DNA of 64,000 nucleotides from Promethearchaeota archaeon (GTDB lineage Archaea; Asgardarchaeota; Lokiarchaeia; Sigyniarchaeales; SOKP01). The position numbers and the translations under genes were made by a program. Within the stretch, counting starts at the first letter, position 1. Each line of letters begins with the position of its first letter. Below, one piece after another: positions 19,768 through 30,775 of this stretch. The stretch lies in contig JAEOTP010000071.1 of NCBI GenBank assembly GCA_016839765.1, forward strand, positions 1 to 64,000. Reading direction: 5' to 3'. Under the pieces are notes generated by a model that made no database searches, was not told the DNA's origin, and was given only the letters and a program-made list of their open reading frames with translations.

Positions 19768-20742
19768 TTAAACGAATTCTACCTGCTCTGTTTGAGTATC
19801 CCCTAAAATATCTTTTAATACATTAAATTTTTTTCTAATTGTAGTACTTGAAAATTTGCTGGTTTCCTCAATAAGATTTTGGGTAAATATTTTCTTATTA
19901 TCTAAAGTCTGACCGACATAATAAATTAATCCTGCTGTAAATGCTTTATAATTGAGGTTTTGTATTTGAGAATAAGAAATCTTGTTTAGTAATTCAGCTG
20001 CTAATAGTTGCATTTCGATTTTTAATTTTTCATATTCAGATTTATTTGAAAAATGGGTTTTTATCTTATCATAACTAATACTATTGAGATCTTTTTGGAA
20101 TAATATTTTTATTTTTCCCTTAATTTCACGCTCTAATGTACCTTCATCTTTAACGCTCTTATCAAATAATTGTTCGGTTCTTTTTACTTTAAGCATTGCA
20201 TTATTAAGCATTTTTTTATTAATTTTATGACCTAATTCTCTGGCAACCTTAATGTATTCTTCTATCCTAACATTCGTCGTGTCTTTTATCTCCATCCAAA
20301 CAATTGCTAAAAAAATAATTACCATATTTTGATATGTATGCCTATGGTATTTGTTATATCTGAGATATCGATTTTTGATCCTTTGATTTTTTACTTTATT
20401 AATATTCAATCCTATTCCATAAGTCTTAAGCAATTCAATTGTTTTTTTTTGTTCAGAAAAACTAGTTTTATAATCTCTAAACCATTTATTTAATGTTTTA
20501 ATTTGGTCATACTTTTGTTTAATTTTTGGATCTTGCGTTGCTTTTGAATCTCCAAACCTTATTTTGCGTTCGTAATCCAATTGTGATTCTGAATAAATTC
20601 TATTAGAAGAAGGTGTTTCAAAATCTATTCGTTCGTCTAATATTAGTCCACAATCTTTACAAACAAGATATCCTCCAGCTTGTTCTAGGTTCCGGTGTTC
20701 ACATTTAGAGTTTTCAGAGGATTGTTCTCTTTTTTTTTTCAA
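19768..20742 (-). CDS. Divergent TFIIB/TFB-like protein (Zn ribbon plus cyclin-like repeats)
   Basis: CEH...GGYLVCKDCGLIL Zn ribbon; KAFTAGLIYY...TQNLIEETSKFSSTTIRKKF C-terminal HTH. Confidence 0.7.
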   Translation of the reverse strand: MKKKREQSSENSKCEHRNLEQAGGYLVCKDCGLILDERIDFETPSSNRIYSESQLDYERKIRFGDSKATQDPKIKQKYDQIKTLNKWFRDYKTSFSEQKKTIELLKTYGIGLNINKVKNQRIKNRYLRYNKYHRHTYQNMVIIFLAIVWMEIKDTTNVRIEEYIKVARELGHKINKKMLNNAMLKVKRTEQLFDKSVKDEGTLEREIKGKIKILFQKDLNSISYDKIKTHFSNKSEYEKLKIEMQLLAAELLNKISYSQIQNLNYKAFTAGLIYYVGQTLDNKKIFTQNLIEETSKFSSTTIRKKFNVLKDILGDTQTEQVEFV

Positions 20743-20879
20743 AAATAGCTCAATCTAATAATTTTTTAAAATAATTTGACAATATTTCAAAAAAATAATA
20801 TGTTAAAATTTTATTTAAATTTTTATAAAATGTCATCAAAATAAATATTATTAATAACTTTACAATTAATTATCAAAAC

Positions 20880-21464
20880 TTGAATAAAACTGGGAGTTTA
20901 AATATGGAAAAAGATACGACTTTAAAATTTTTAACCTATTTTAGTATAGGTTTTACATTAGTAATTTTAATCGAATTTATAGTTATAATTTTATTTAGCA
21001 CGATAATTGAACTAAATTTAGGACCTTATACTGTAAATATAATTACCATGATATTTACTTCAGGATTTACTTCAATAGATGTAATATTAGAATGGATACT
21101 ATTACTTACTGCTATTTGTGGGTCTTTAGCTTTAAATATTGCCTTGCTTATATTTGCCATAAAAAAGAAGAAAGAGGGTATTTTATTAGCAAAATTCCTT
21201 CTTATGATTGGAATGTTTTTTCTAATCTCCGGTTTTATTAAACTGTTTTCTATTTATCTTTTAGCTAATAGTGTAATTCAATATAATAGTAGTTCAATTG
21301 TTTTTCAATTAGCTCTTTACACAGATTCTATTACACCCTTTTTAGGTGCTGTAATGTGGATTTATATTTCGGCAGTAACAATGAGTATCTTAGTCTCAGG
21401 GCTTGTTTTTGGCGGAATTGGACTTAAAACCATGTTAAAAATGGAAGAAAAAAGTACTAATTAA
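20880..21464 (+). CDS. Four-TM membrane protein, function unknown
   Basis: Four hydrophobic segments. Confidence 0.65.
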   Translation: MNKTGSLNMEKDTTLKFLTYFSIGFTLVILIEFIVIILFSTIIELNLGPYTVNIITMIFTSGFTSIDVILEWILLLTAICGSLALNIALLIFAIKKKKEGILLAKFLLMIGMFFLISGFIKLFSIYLLANSVIQYNSSSIVFQLALYTDSITPFLGAVMWIYISAVTMSILVSGLVFGGIGLKTMLKMEEKSTN

Positions 21465-21500
21465 AATTATTAAAAAATTTAAAAAAAAGTCTTAAAATAT

Positions 21501-22424
21501 TCAGGATAATTTACTTTTAATTTGTTTTGCTCTACTTCTTAAAGTAACTTCTGTTATTTTTGCTATTTCTGCTACTAAACTCTGTGTTTTTTTCGCATTT
21601 CCATCTTTAGCAGCAATGTAGATACATGCTGCTGCTAATCCTTTTGGATCTTTACCTGTACGTTTCAATCCATTACTAGATGCTGTTCTTAGCATTTCTA
21701 TTGCGTTTTTTTGAATATTCATAGGTAACTCTAATTCATTTCCAAATCGATAAACTAAACTTTCTGCGGTAATAGGTTGATATCGTAATCCTAATTCAGG
21801 TAATACTTCACGAATTATCATAGCTAAACTTCTATGAACTGTTCTTCTAGGAGTTAATGAGGCTTCGCATAATTCATCTAATAAACGAGGAAAATCATGC
21901 ACTCTTATTGCAGCATATAAAGATCCTGCTATAAATCCATTAATTGAACGCCCCATAGTTAGTTTTTTCTTCGCAACAATACTATATACTTTCCAAGCTG
22001 TTTCACTGATGTATTCTGGAATGTTTAATTTAGATGTAAGCATTTTTAATTTAGGTTTAGCTTCCCAAAAATTCCTTTCAATGCTTGAAATTAATGAATT
22101 TTGAATTTTTGATAATCTCGAAAAAAGAGCTTGCTCTTTAGGACCAATTGATTTTCCTTTAGAATCCGTCTTTGTAGTGGGTAACATAGTTCTAGGACCA
22201 AAATCTCTCCACCTGGGTTCAGTCCTACGTCTAGTTTGAACTTCTTCAGCTGTATAAGCCCTTCTTTCATTTCCAACATAAGTTCTTTCTAAAATCATTC
22301 CACAATTTAAACAAACTTTATTTCCATCCCTCTCTTCGATACTTGGATTTTCACAGCATTCACAAACTTGTAAATTATCATCTAATTTATTGTTCTTCAG
22401 AAGATCTCGATAGCTATTATGCAT
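21501..22424 (-). CDS. tfb: Transcription initiation factor IIB
   Basis: CECC...CLNCG Zn ribbon, ERRAY, GRSI...AGSLYAA.R, GKDPKGLAAACIY, TQ..VA.IAKITEVTLRSR. Confidence 0.92.
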   Translation of the reverse strand: MHNSYRDLLKNNKLDDNLQVCECCENPSIEERDGNKVCLNCGMILERTYVGNERRAYTAEEVQTRRRTEPRWRDFGPRTMLPTTKTDSKGKSIGPKEQALFSRLSKIQNSLISSIERNFWEAKPKLKMLTSKLNIPEYISETAWKVYSIVAKKKLTMGRSINGFIAGSLYAAIRVHDFPRLLDELCEASLTPRRTVHRSLAMIIREVLPELGLRYQPITAESLVYRFGNELELPMNIQKNAIEMLRTASSNGLKRTGKDPKGLAAACIYIAAKDGNAKKTQSLVAEIAKITEVTLRSRAKQIKSKLS

Positions 22425-22709
22425 GATAACTCACTGTGAATAAAATGTTAAGAATGATATTCATTTTAAGAAAATTTTTATTAAAGAATTAGATATTATT
22501 ATTCCTTTAATATTAACATATTATCCTAGTCGCATTTATAAACCTTTGCCCTAAATGGTGAACATCATTGAAAGTTTTCTCCCATAATATTCCCATTTTA
22601 TTGAAATTTTTCAATATCCTATTAAAAGCGACTATTAAAAGCGATATAAATTTTAATTAATTAATAAATAGATTCATTAATCAAATTACTAATTTAAGAG
22701 GATATTATA

Positions 22710-23228
22710 TTGGATTTTTATGAAGTTGTGAAAAAAAGAAGAAGTTATCGGTTTTACAAGCCTGATATGATTCCTGAAAAAGATAAAGTCGATAGAGTTC
22801 TAAATGCCGCCAGATTAGCTCCAACATGGGCAAATATGCAAGGAGTGCACTATATCGTAGTTCAAAAACCTGAGAAAGTTAAGATGATATGGAAAGCTAT
22901 AGACCAAAAAGATAAATTTTCTAATGCTCCTATTTTTATCGTGGGTATTATAAAAGAAACAGCTTCAGGGATTAATAAAGCTGGTATTAAATATTATACC
23001 TTAGATTTTGGAATTTGTTTTGAACATTTAATATTAGCAGCAACTGTAGAAGGTTTGGCAACGTGTTGGATCGGTATCTTTGACGAGGAAAAAATTAAAG
23101 ATATCTTGGAAATTCCAAAAAAGTATCGAGTGTTAGGCATAACTCCATTAGGTTATACGATCAAAGAAAAAGGGGAAATTTCAGATAGATTATCATTGGA
23201 AGAAATCGTCCATTATGATAAATATTAA
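22710..23228 (+). CDS. Nitroreductase family protein
   Basis: KRRSYR, AARLAPTWANMQ, LAAT.EGLATCWIG. Confidence 0.9.
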   Translation: MDFYEVVKKRRSYRFYKPDMIPEKDKVDRVLNAARLAPTWANMQGVHYIVVQKPEKVKMIWKAIDQKDKFSNAPIFIVGIIKETASGINKAGIKYYTLDFGICFEHLILAATVEGLATCWIGIFDEEKIKDILEIPKKYRVLGITPLGYTIKEKGEISDRLSLEEIVHYDKY

Positions 23229-23288
23229 TATTTTTTTAACATACTCTTGAAAAGAAAAAATAAAATAATTAAAAATTCTATCCTACTT

Positions 23289-25019
23289 ATGAAAATCATT
23301 AGGATTAATCTAGAATCTAATGAAATAAATTATGAAGAAATATCTAGAGATTCAAAATATTTTTTATTAGGAGCACGAGGATTAACTTCTCAAATAGTTA
23401 ATGATGAAGTTCCTCCCAATTGTGATCCTTTAGGAACAAAGAATAAACTTATAATAGCAAATGGGATTCTGGCTGGAAGTCCCTTTCCAAATTCTGCTCG
23501 TACTTCTATAGGTGCTAAAAGTCCTTTAACAAATGGCATAAAGGAGGCAAATGTAGGTGGTCGTCCTGCAATGATGTTAGCCCGATATGGCATCAGAGCA
23601 ATTGTTTTGGAAAATCAATCAGCAGATCTGAAAATCATCTCAATTCATGAGAATCAAATAAAAATACTCCCAGAGGAAGAATATAAGGGCTTGGGAAATT
23701 ATAAGCTTCACAAAAAACTTAAGAACACATATGGGGATAAGATCGGAATCTATTCTATCGGTCCTGCTGGAGAATTTATGATGAGAGCAGCAAGTGTAGC
23801 TGCCAATGATTTAGAAGGGTATCCAAGTAGACATGCTGCTCGAGGAGGTTTAGGAGCAGTTATGGGTTCAAAAAATGTTAAAGCTATTGTTATAATTCCC
23901 CCAAAGGTTTCACGGGTTAAAATTCATGACATTAAAAAATTTAGGGAAGTCTCAAAACCATTTGCTCAAAATTTAGCAAATACTAAACAAGTGTTTTCTA
24001 CATTTGGAACTCCGCTAATGATGAGACCTATGAATGAATATGGTGGGATACCCACAAAAAATTTCCACATGGGCTCATTTGATAAAATTGAAAATATTAC
24101 AGGTGAAAAACTTCATGAGATTGTAACCGCAAGAGGTGGTAAGAAAAGATTAGCTTGTATTCCTACATGTGTAATTAAATGTTCTAATTTAGTACTTGAT
24201 AAATATGGAAATCATATTACCTCTAGTCTTGAATATGAGACTATGGCATTAAATGGAACCAATCTTCTAATTGATGACATTGACAGCTTAGCAAAAATAG
24301 ATCACTTATGTGATGATGTAGGAATAGATACGATTGAATTTGGAGGAACTGTCGGCGTTGCGATGGATTGTGGAAAAATTGATTGGGGTAATGCGGAAAG
24401 AGTTTTTGAGATCTTAGATACAGAGATTAGAAATAACACTGCTGAAGGTCAATTATATGGAAATGGAGTTAAAATTATTGGGAAAACATTAAAAGCACAG
24501 AGAATACCTGAAGTAAAAGGTCAAGGAATCTCCGCTTATGACTGTAGAGTATTTAAAGCAATGGGAGTTACATATGCAACCTCACCTATGGGAGCAGATC
24601 ATACATCTGGTGCCGCCATTGCTGGAAGAGTTGCAAGTCAGCATAAAAACTATGGAGAATTAACTAAAAATGAAAATAAATTTGATTTATCTTTCGAACT
24701 ACAGATTTATACAGCAGTATTAGATTCAATGGGATGCTGTTACTTTATAGGACCGAGTTATGAAAATATGGAAATTATAGCAAATGCTATTAATGCTATG
24801 TACAATCTTAATTTAACGAGAGATGATGTAATTAAAATTGGTATTAATATCATAAGAACTGAACTTGAATTCAACGAGAAAGCAGGAATTACTCATGAAA
24901 TGAATGACATTCCAGAATTTTTCAGAACAGAATCCTCAGAACCAACAGGATTAAAATACACCTTTGATAAAGACGATTTAAAAGCCTTTTGGAGTAGATT
25001 AGATACACATGAGTTTTAA
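23289..25019 (+). CDS. Aldehyde:ferredoxin oxidoreductase family (tungstopterin) enzyme
   Basis: KSPLT.GIKEAN.GG, IGPAGE, RGGLGAVMGSK, C.PTCVIKC, EYET, D..GIDTI; ATG at 23289 gives the typical MKIIRI start. Confidence 0.9.
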   Translation: MKIIRINLESNEINYEEISRDSKYFLLGARGLTSQIVNDEVPPNCDPLGTKNKLIIANGILAGSPFPNSARTSIGAKSPLTNGIKEANVGGRPAMMLARYGIRAIVLENQSADLKIISIHENQIKILPEEEYKGLGNYKLHKKLKNTYGDKIGIYSIGPAGEFMMRAASVAANDLEGYPSRHAARGGLGAVMGSKNVKAIVIIPPKVSRVKIHDIKKFREVSKPFAQNLANTKQVFSTFGTPLMMRPMNEYGGIPTKNFHMGSFDKIENITGEKLHEIVTARGGKKRLACIPTCVIKCSNLVLDKYGNHITSSLEYETMALNGTNLLIDDIDSLAKIDHLCDDVGIDTIEFGGTVGVAMDCGKIDWGNAERVFEILDTEIRNNTAEGQLYGNGVKIIGKTLKAQRIPEVKGQGISAYDCRVFKAMGVTYATSPMGADHTSGAAIAGRVASQHKNYGELTKNENKFDLSFELQIYTAVLDSMGCCYFIGPSYENMEIIANAINAMYNLNLTRDDVIKIGINIIRTELEFNEKAGITHEMNDIPEFFRTESSEPTGLKYTFDKDDLKAFWSRLDTHEF

Positions 25020-25670
25020 TCATTTACCTTTCTTTTTCCTATTTCGAAGCATTGCATGATGATAAAAATCAGAATTGGGAACCTTATTTTTACCAATGAG
25101 TTCAAATCCGAAATGTTCATAAAATTTTACATTTCTTTCATTTTCAGTATGTAAGTAGCATGGTAAGTTTTGTTCATCAATTTCAGCAAGTTTCATTCTT
25201 AATAGCTTACTGCCATAGCCCTCAGTTTGATATATAGGATCTATACCAATAAAGGCTAAATACCAATGAGGAAAATTCACATGTTCATTTTGAAATGAAT
25301 TAGCAATTTCTTCAAAGATACCCATTCTCTCTATAAGTAAAGAATCTGAAAAATCCATTCTTCTGACTTTTCGCAATCTTCTAATAATCTCCTTAGATTG
25401 TTTACCTATTATCTGATCTTTTATTCCATGAGGATGCCACACAACAACACCTTCAATATTACTTGATGTAATATATACTTCACCAGATAAAATTCCAAGT
25501 AAAATCAGAAACTCGCCGTGAATAGCAATTTTAATCTTTCTTTCAATAGGATCTGGAAAACAATACACAAATAAAGGATCATCTTGAAAAGCTCGACCAA
25601 GTACCTTACTCGCTACTTCAATTTGATCTTCTGATATTCGTTTAAGATGATCTAATTTATTCATATTCAA
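25020..25670 (-). CDS. GNAT N-acetyltransferase
   Basis: WYLAFIGIDP..Q..GYGS.L, CYLHT....NV.FYEHFGF. Confidence 0.85.
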   Translation of the reverse strand: MNMNKLDHLKRISEDQIEVASKVLGRAFQDDPLFVYCFPDPIERKIKIAIHGEFLILLGILSGEVYITSSNIEGVVVWHPHGIKDQIIGKQSKEIIRRLRKVRRMDFSDSLLIERMGIFEEIANSFQNEHVNFPHWYLAFIGIDPIYQTEGYGSKLLRMKLAEIDEQNLPCYLHTENERNVKFYEHFGFELIGKNKVPNSDFYHHAMLRNRKKKGK

Positions 25671-25743
25671 TCTAGAAGCACAATTTCTTTTAAATTATTT
25701 AAATTATAAATTTTACTTATTTGTTAATCTTTGCTGTGATTTA

Positions 25744-26541
25744 TTAATATTTATAATTTTCAATAGCTATTCTTTTAATAGTGGCAAGAGTAATTTCCCC
25801 TTCAAGTTCTACACACTTTTTATAATCTTCTTGGAACCAAGGTACAATCCAATCTTCAAGCGGGTTATAATAACTATAAAAGATGGCTCCAAATTTTACA
25901 TTTCTCACATTAGAAATAGCGGCTAGCGTGTTTAATTCTCCATTTTCTATTGAAACAAACCCATTATTTTGCAAATTTTCAACTTGTTTAATATCAATTT
26001 TATAAAAAGCTTCTATTGAATAGTTTTTCCCAATGTGATAACTCATTGTTCTTTTTTTTACTTCATCAAAGAATACACTTATGATTTCTTTATCGATTGT
26101 TGTGATATCGTTGGGTTTACGTCCATAATAAATTGATGTACCGTCTGGTCCTATAGCATGAGTTGGGATTAAAAAATCCAATAATTTAACGTTTTCCGCA
26201 ATTCCCCAAGCACCACACACTAATAAAAGAACTTTAGCCCCGCATGTTATCAAGTCCTCTGCTACTGAAGCAATAGGAGATGCCCCCATTGGAGGCATTA
26301 TAGCAGAAATAGATATCCCATCAAAATTTCCATTAAAAATTTGATTAGATGCATATGGATGATATGGGGCTAACCATTCTTTTGATTCCATCTTTGCTTG
26401 CTTTATTAAATAGTCTAATAGAGATTTAGAAAATAATAGAATTGCGTAATCGTTAATTTTAAAATCACTTTTGTTTTTATTTGAAACTTTTATAGCGTTT
26501 TTAACAATATCTTCCGAATTTAGACAATATTTATTAGGCAT
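25744..26541 (-). CDS. Nucleoside phosphorylase (PNP/UDP family 1)
   Basis: MGASP.ASVAEDL..CG, CGAWG, DGTS..Y, S.EAFY, IENGE. Confidence 0.75.
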   Translation of the reverse strand: MPNKYCLNSEDIVKNAIKVSNKNKSDFKINDYAILLFSKSLLDYLIKQAKMESKEWLAPYHPYASNQIFNGNFDGISISAIMPPMGASPIASVAEDLITCGAKVLLLVCGAWGIAENVKLLDFLIPTHAIGPDGTSIYYGRKPNDITTIDKEIISVFFDEVKKRTMSYHIGKNYSIEAFYKIDIKQVENLQNNGFVSIENGELNTLAAISNVRNVKFGAIFYSYYNPLEDWIVPWFQEDYKKCVELEGEITLATIKRIAIENYKY

Positions 26542-26597
26542 ATTAGTTTCCTCCCACTCTCAAAAAGAAGTTAATAAAAGGAAATTTAAAAATCTAT

Positions 26598-27149
26598 TCA
26601 AACGTAATTTAGTAAACCTTTTCTGTTCATAATTAATTCCATTGAAAGGATTAATAAGATACCTAAGGATAACAGGAGTATTGGAATTAAACCAGTTAGA
26701 ATACCGAACAGATATATTAAAATATTGAGTATAAAAATAATAGTTAAAATTGCATAGCTTACTCCTCCGATAATGGCCCACATTTTCTCTTTCTTATAAA
26801 TTGAAGGAGAATAATGCCAACAAATTAACAATAGGAAATTAGAAAGTAAAACAACTATGAATAATGTAGAAGTTACCAAATCAATTAATATACCGATTAT
26901 AGCTATTATAATTGATAAAATACCTAAAGTAATTGAGATTTTTAATAAATTATTCCTCAAGTAATTCATTTCAAATTTGAGACCAATGCTAAGAATCATC
27001 CAGGGTAGATTAAAAAAGATAATGAGCAAAAAGAGGAGCCAATTATTTAAAACGAAAAAATCTAAAAATAATGAGGAAAATAAGCTTATTAAAATTAGAG
27101 CAGCTCCAAATAGCCGTATCAAACTCAATTTTTTAGCTTTAATACTCAT
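26598..27149 (-). CDS. Six-TM membrane protein, function unknown
   Basis: Very hydrophobic 183-aa ORF. Confidence 0.65.
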   Translation of the reverse strand: MSIKAKKLSLIRLFGAALILISLFSSLFLDFFVLNNWLLFLLIIFFNLPWMILSIGLKFEMNYLRNNLLKISITLGILSIIIAIIGILIDLVTSTLFIVVLLSNFLLLICWHYSPSIYKKEKMWAIIGGVSYAILTIIFILNILIYLFGILTGLIPILLLSLGILLILSMELIMNRKGLLNYV

Positions 27150-27282
27150 AATGATTAATTATTTATTCAATCAAATTGTATTTTAAAATTTTGTTAATAT
27201 GATATCTTTATAACTATGAATCTCTAATTCTGAATTATTATTAAATATTTTAATTAGTTGATTATTTATATTATGAATAAGG

Positions 27283-28662
27283 TTGATTTCATTGAATAAA
27301 GAGAATGTATTTGAACAATTAGAACATATTGTTGGAAAAGATTTTGTATCAAATAGAGAAGAAGATTTATATATTTATTCTCAAGATCCAGGAGCTTCAT
27401 TACCTCGTCATGTTGATTTTGTAGTAATGCCAGAAAATGTAGAAGAAGTACAAAAGATTGTAAAATTAGCCAATCAAGAGAAAGTTCCAGTTATCCCTAT
27501 GGGTGGGGGTTTAACGTTAAGTGGATTAATAATTCCTGTAAAAGGTGGCATTGTTATGGATATGAAACGAATGAATAGTATAATTGAAATAAATGCACTA
27601 AGTAAATATGCACTTATAGAAGCAGGAGTTACGACAGGACAATTACTTTCATTTTTAAATGAAAATTATCCAAATTTACAGCCTCCAGTACCGGATGCTC
27701 CTCCTTCTGCAACTATTGCTGGTAATGTTTTGATTCATGGCTCAGGTTATTTATCTCAAAAATACGGTAATCATGGTGCTATGATAAACGGTTTAGAAGT
27801 AGTTCTTCCAAATGGAGATATATGTAAAATGGGATCTTGTGCAGTGTCTAAATATTGGTTTGCAAGGGGACCTATTCCAGATCTTATTGGCTTATTTATT
27901 AGTTCATTCGGTACAATGGGAATTGTCACTAAACTTTCAGTTCAGTTATTTGATAAACCTAAATTTCGAGAAGTAGTATTTGGATTACTAAATGACCCCA
28001 ATGACATCCCTAATATTCTCCTAAAAATTACTGAAACTGGTTTAGCTGAGGATGTCTTGATTGGAATGCAAGATAAACCTGATTGGATGAAAGGATATGT
28101 TTTTATCATCGCATATGTTACAGGTGAATCTCAAGAAGAAATAGATTCTCATATTAAAATATTCAAACGTATATATCGTAAAGCTAAAGCGAGATACATG
28201 AAGACTGCGGAGAGAATTAGAAAAGTTTATTTAGAAAAGCCCATTTTTGCTGCAGCAGCGGCAGATTATAGAAAAGGTGGCGGTTTTGAATATGTTGGAG
28301 CTAATATGCCTCTTGAAAATCTTCCCGAAGCTTATAAAAAAGGTGCTGAAATTTCAAAAAGATATGGGATTGTCCCAACTTTAGGATCACGGCTTATTGG
28401 AGGAACCCATAATATTGTAATGTTTTTTTCTTATTCATTTAATCGGGCTGATCCTAAAGATATGGAAAATGCTAGAGAGGCTTTGCACGAGACTAATAAA
28501 TTAGCTTTGGAGTTAGGCGGCATTCCCTGGAAAGCAGAACTATCAGGGCAACAATTAATTCTTAAAAAAATGGACCCTAACTATAAAAAGTTGTTTAACA
28601 CGATTAGAAGCATACTTGATCCAAATCACATAATGAATCCAGGAAATTGGGAGGTGAAATAA
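27283..28662 (+). CDS. FAD-binding oxidoreductase, GlcD/D-lactate dehydrogenase family
   Basis: PMGGGLTLSG, EAGVT, ATIAGN, GLEVVLPNG, SSFGTMGIVTK, LDPN.IMNPG. Confidence 0.88.
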   Translation: MISLNKENVFEQLEHIVGKDFVSNREEDLYIYSQDPGASLPRHVDFVVMPENVEEVQKIVKLANQEKVPVIPMGGGLTLSGLIIPVKGGIVMDMKRMNSIIEINALSKYALIEAGVTTGQLLSFLNENYPNLQPPVPDAPPSATIAGNVLIHGSGYLSQKYGNHGAMINGLEVVLPNGDICKMGSCAVSKYWFARGPIPDLIGLFISSFGTMGIVTKLSVQLFDKPKFREVVFGLLNDPNDIPNILLKITETGLAEDVLIGMQDKPDWMKGYVFIIAYVTGESQEEIDSHIKIFKRIYRKAKARYMKTAERIRKVYLEKPIFAAAAADYRKGGGFEYVGANMPLENLPEAYKKGAEISKRYGIVPTLGSRLIGGTHNIVMFFSYSFNRADPKDMENAREALHETNKLALELGGIPWKAELSGQQLILKKMDPNYKKLFNTIRSILDPNHIMNPGNWEVK

Positions 28663-29837
28663 AAATTACAATTAATTCTGAACAAGATTGGAAAGATATT
28701 GTTCATAGATGTTTTCGTTGTGGTTACTGTAAATTCACTCAAAATTTTAGTGATTTCAATTGTCCAAGTTATAGGAAATTTAAATTTGAAACATATAGTA
28801 CAGGTGGAAGGATGTGGTTAATTTATGGTATAATAAACGGAGAGATACAATGGAATTCAGGTATAGCTAATGTTTTATATGCGTGTAGTACTTGTGGAAA
28901 TTGTATAGAAAATTGTCGATTTGATAAATTTAATGATTTTCTTGTTGATTTTATTGAAGCTGCCAGAGTTGAAGCTGTAAATAATGGATTTTGCCCAGAA
29001 AAACAAAAAGTTCTTTTGGAACGCACTGAAAATAGAGAGATGTTTAATCCTTATGGAGAAATTAATTCCAATAATGAAGAATTGAAGAGTAAGTATAATT
29101 TACCAGATAATGCAGAATGGGTTTACTTTATTGGATGCACATCCAATTACCGTCAGAAGAATCTAAGAGATGCTACGCTGAATTTTCTCAAGAAAGCAAA
29201 AATAGACTTTACATTGATAGATGAACATTGTTGTTGTAGTCCAATTATAAGGACTGGACAAACCAAGCCAGTAAAAGATTTTATGAATTATAATCTAGCT
29301 CAAATCAAAAATACAGGAGCAATGAAAGTTATTACATCATGTGCTGGTTGTTATAGGACTTTAAAGAAAGATTGGTCTAAATTTGAAACAGACTTGGGTA
29401 TTGAGATATTTCATACGATAGAGCTAGTAAAAAAACTTTTAGATGAGGAGAAAATTAAATTTAAATCAGAATATAACAAAAAGGTAACATATCATGATCC
29501 TTGTCATTTAGGAAGACATATGGGGGTTTATGAAATCCCAAGAGAGGTTCTTAAACAAATACCAGGAGTTGAATTGGTAGAAATGAAACGTAATAGGGAG
29601 AACGCTTGGTGCTGTGGAGCTGGTGGTGGAGTAAAGATTGGATATCCAGAGTGGGCTGTTGAAATTTCAGGTGAACGCTTAGAGGAGGCAAAACAAACTG
29701 GAGCAAGTGAAATTACTTCAGTTTGTCCATTCTGTAGGACTAATTTGTCAGATGCTAATCAAAAATATAGCATGAATTTTGAAATAATTGATATAATTGA
29801 AATTTTTGATAAATTAGATTATGAAATAGTGGATTGA
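28647..29837 (+). CDS. Fe-S oxidoreductase, GlcF/HdrD family (4Fe-4S plus CCG domains)
   Basis: CFRCGYC, CSTCGNC...C, YFIGC, CCCSP, SCAGC, YHDPCHLGR, CCGAGGG, CPFC. Confidence 0.88.
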   Translation: MGGEIKITINSEQDWKDIVHRCFRCGYCKFTQNFSDFNCPSYRKFKFETYSTGGRMWLIYGIINGEIQWNSGIANVLYACSTCGNCIENCRFDKFNDFLVDFIEAARVEAVNNGFCPEKQKVLLERTENREMFNPYGEINSNNEELKSKYNLPDNAEWVYFIGCTSNYRQKNLRDATLNFLKKAKIDFTLIDEHCCCSPIIRTGQTKPVKDFMNYNLAQIKNTGAMKVITSCAGCYRTLKKDWSKFETDLGIEIFHTIELVKKLLDEEKIKFKSEYNKKVTYHDPCHLGRHMGVYEIPREVLKQIPGVELVEMKRNRENAWCCGAGGGVKIGYPEWAVEISGERLEEAKQTGASEITSVCPFCRTNLSDANQKYSMNFEIIDIIEIFDKLDYEIVD

Positions 29838-29902
29838 ACCGAATAATTAAAATATTTTATTTCTTATTTTATTTAGGATCTTTTTAATTTAATTTACTCA
29901 AG

Positions 29903-30775
29903 GTGGATATATTGAGATTAGGAGCTCATATGAGTGTAAGCGGTGGAAAATATATGGCTCTTGAAAGAGGGAAAGAGCTTGATTGTGAAGCAATTCAGGT
30001 TTTTATAAGAAATGTTCGAGGATGGGCGTCTAAACCTTTAGAACCAAAAGAAATCAATGAATTTTTAGAAATGAAAGAGAAATTTCAAGAACAGATTTGG
30101 CCCCTTCTCTCTCATAATAGCTATTTAATTAATTTAGCTACTTCGGATCAAGAGAAACTTATTAAATCTTATACTGCCATGCTAGATGAATTAACTAAAG
30201 CTGAACAACTTAAATTAGATTATGTAGTAATCCATCCTGGTACTTATAATTTTGAAGATGAAAATGAAACTAAAAAGACGGGATTAACTCGTATTGCTGA
30301 ACAATTAAATGAATTAATACAAAACACTGGCAAATCTAAAGTTAAAATATTATTAGAAACCGTTGCAGGACAGGGTCATAATTTAGGGCGTAAGTTTCAT
30401 CATTTAAAATTTATAATTAATAAAATTAATAATAAAGACCGTATCGGAGTATGTTTTGATACATGTCATTCTTTTACTTCGGGGTATGATTTTACAACCA
30501 AAAAAAAATATAATGAAATGTGGAATGAATTTGATGACGTTGTAGGATTAAATTATCTCTTTGCATTTCATCTAAATGATTCTGAAAAAGGTTTAGGATC
30601 TCGAGTTGATCGTCATACACATATAGGGCAAGGAAAAATAGGTAAAGAAGCATTTGGATTTTTTATCAATGATGAGAGATTTAAAAACCATCCTGGAATT
30701 TTAGAAACTCCAAAAGGCAAAGATATGAAAGAAGATGTAATGAATTTAAAAATCTTGAAGTCATTGATTAAGTAG
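29903..30775 (+). CDS. nfo: Endonuclease IV (AP endonuclease)
   Basis: GAHMS, H.SYLINLA, HPG, LETVAGQG, CFDTCH, HLNDS, DRH.HIG.G, LETP. Confidence 0.93.
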   Translation: MDILRLGAHMSVSGGKYMALERGKELDCEAIQVFIRNVRGWASKPLEPKEINEFLEMKEKFQEQIWPLLSHNSYLINLATSDQEKLIKSYTAMLDELTKAEQLKLDYVVIHPGTYNFEDENETKKTGLTRIAEQLNELIQNTGKSKVKILLETVAGQGHNLGRKFHHLKFIINKINNKDRIGVCFDTCHSFTSGYDFTTKKKYNEMWNEFDDVVGLNYLFAFHLNDSEKGLGSRVDRHTHIGQGKIGKEAFGFFINDERFKNHPGILETPKGKDMKEDVMNLKILKSLIK

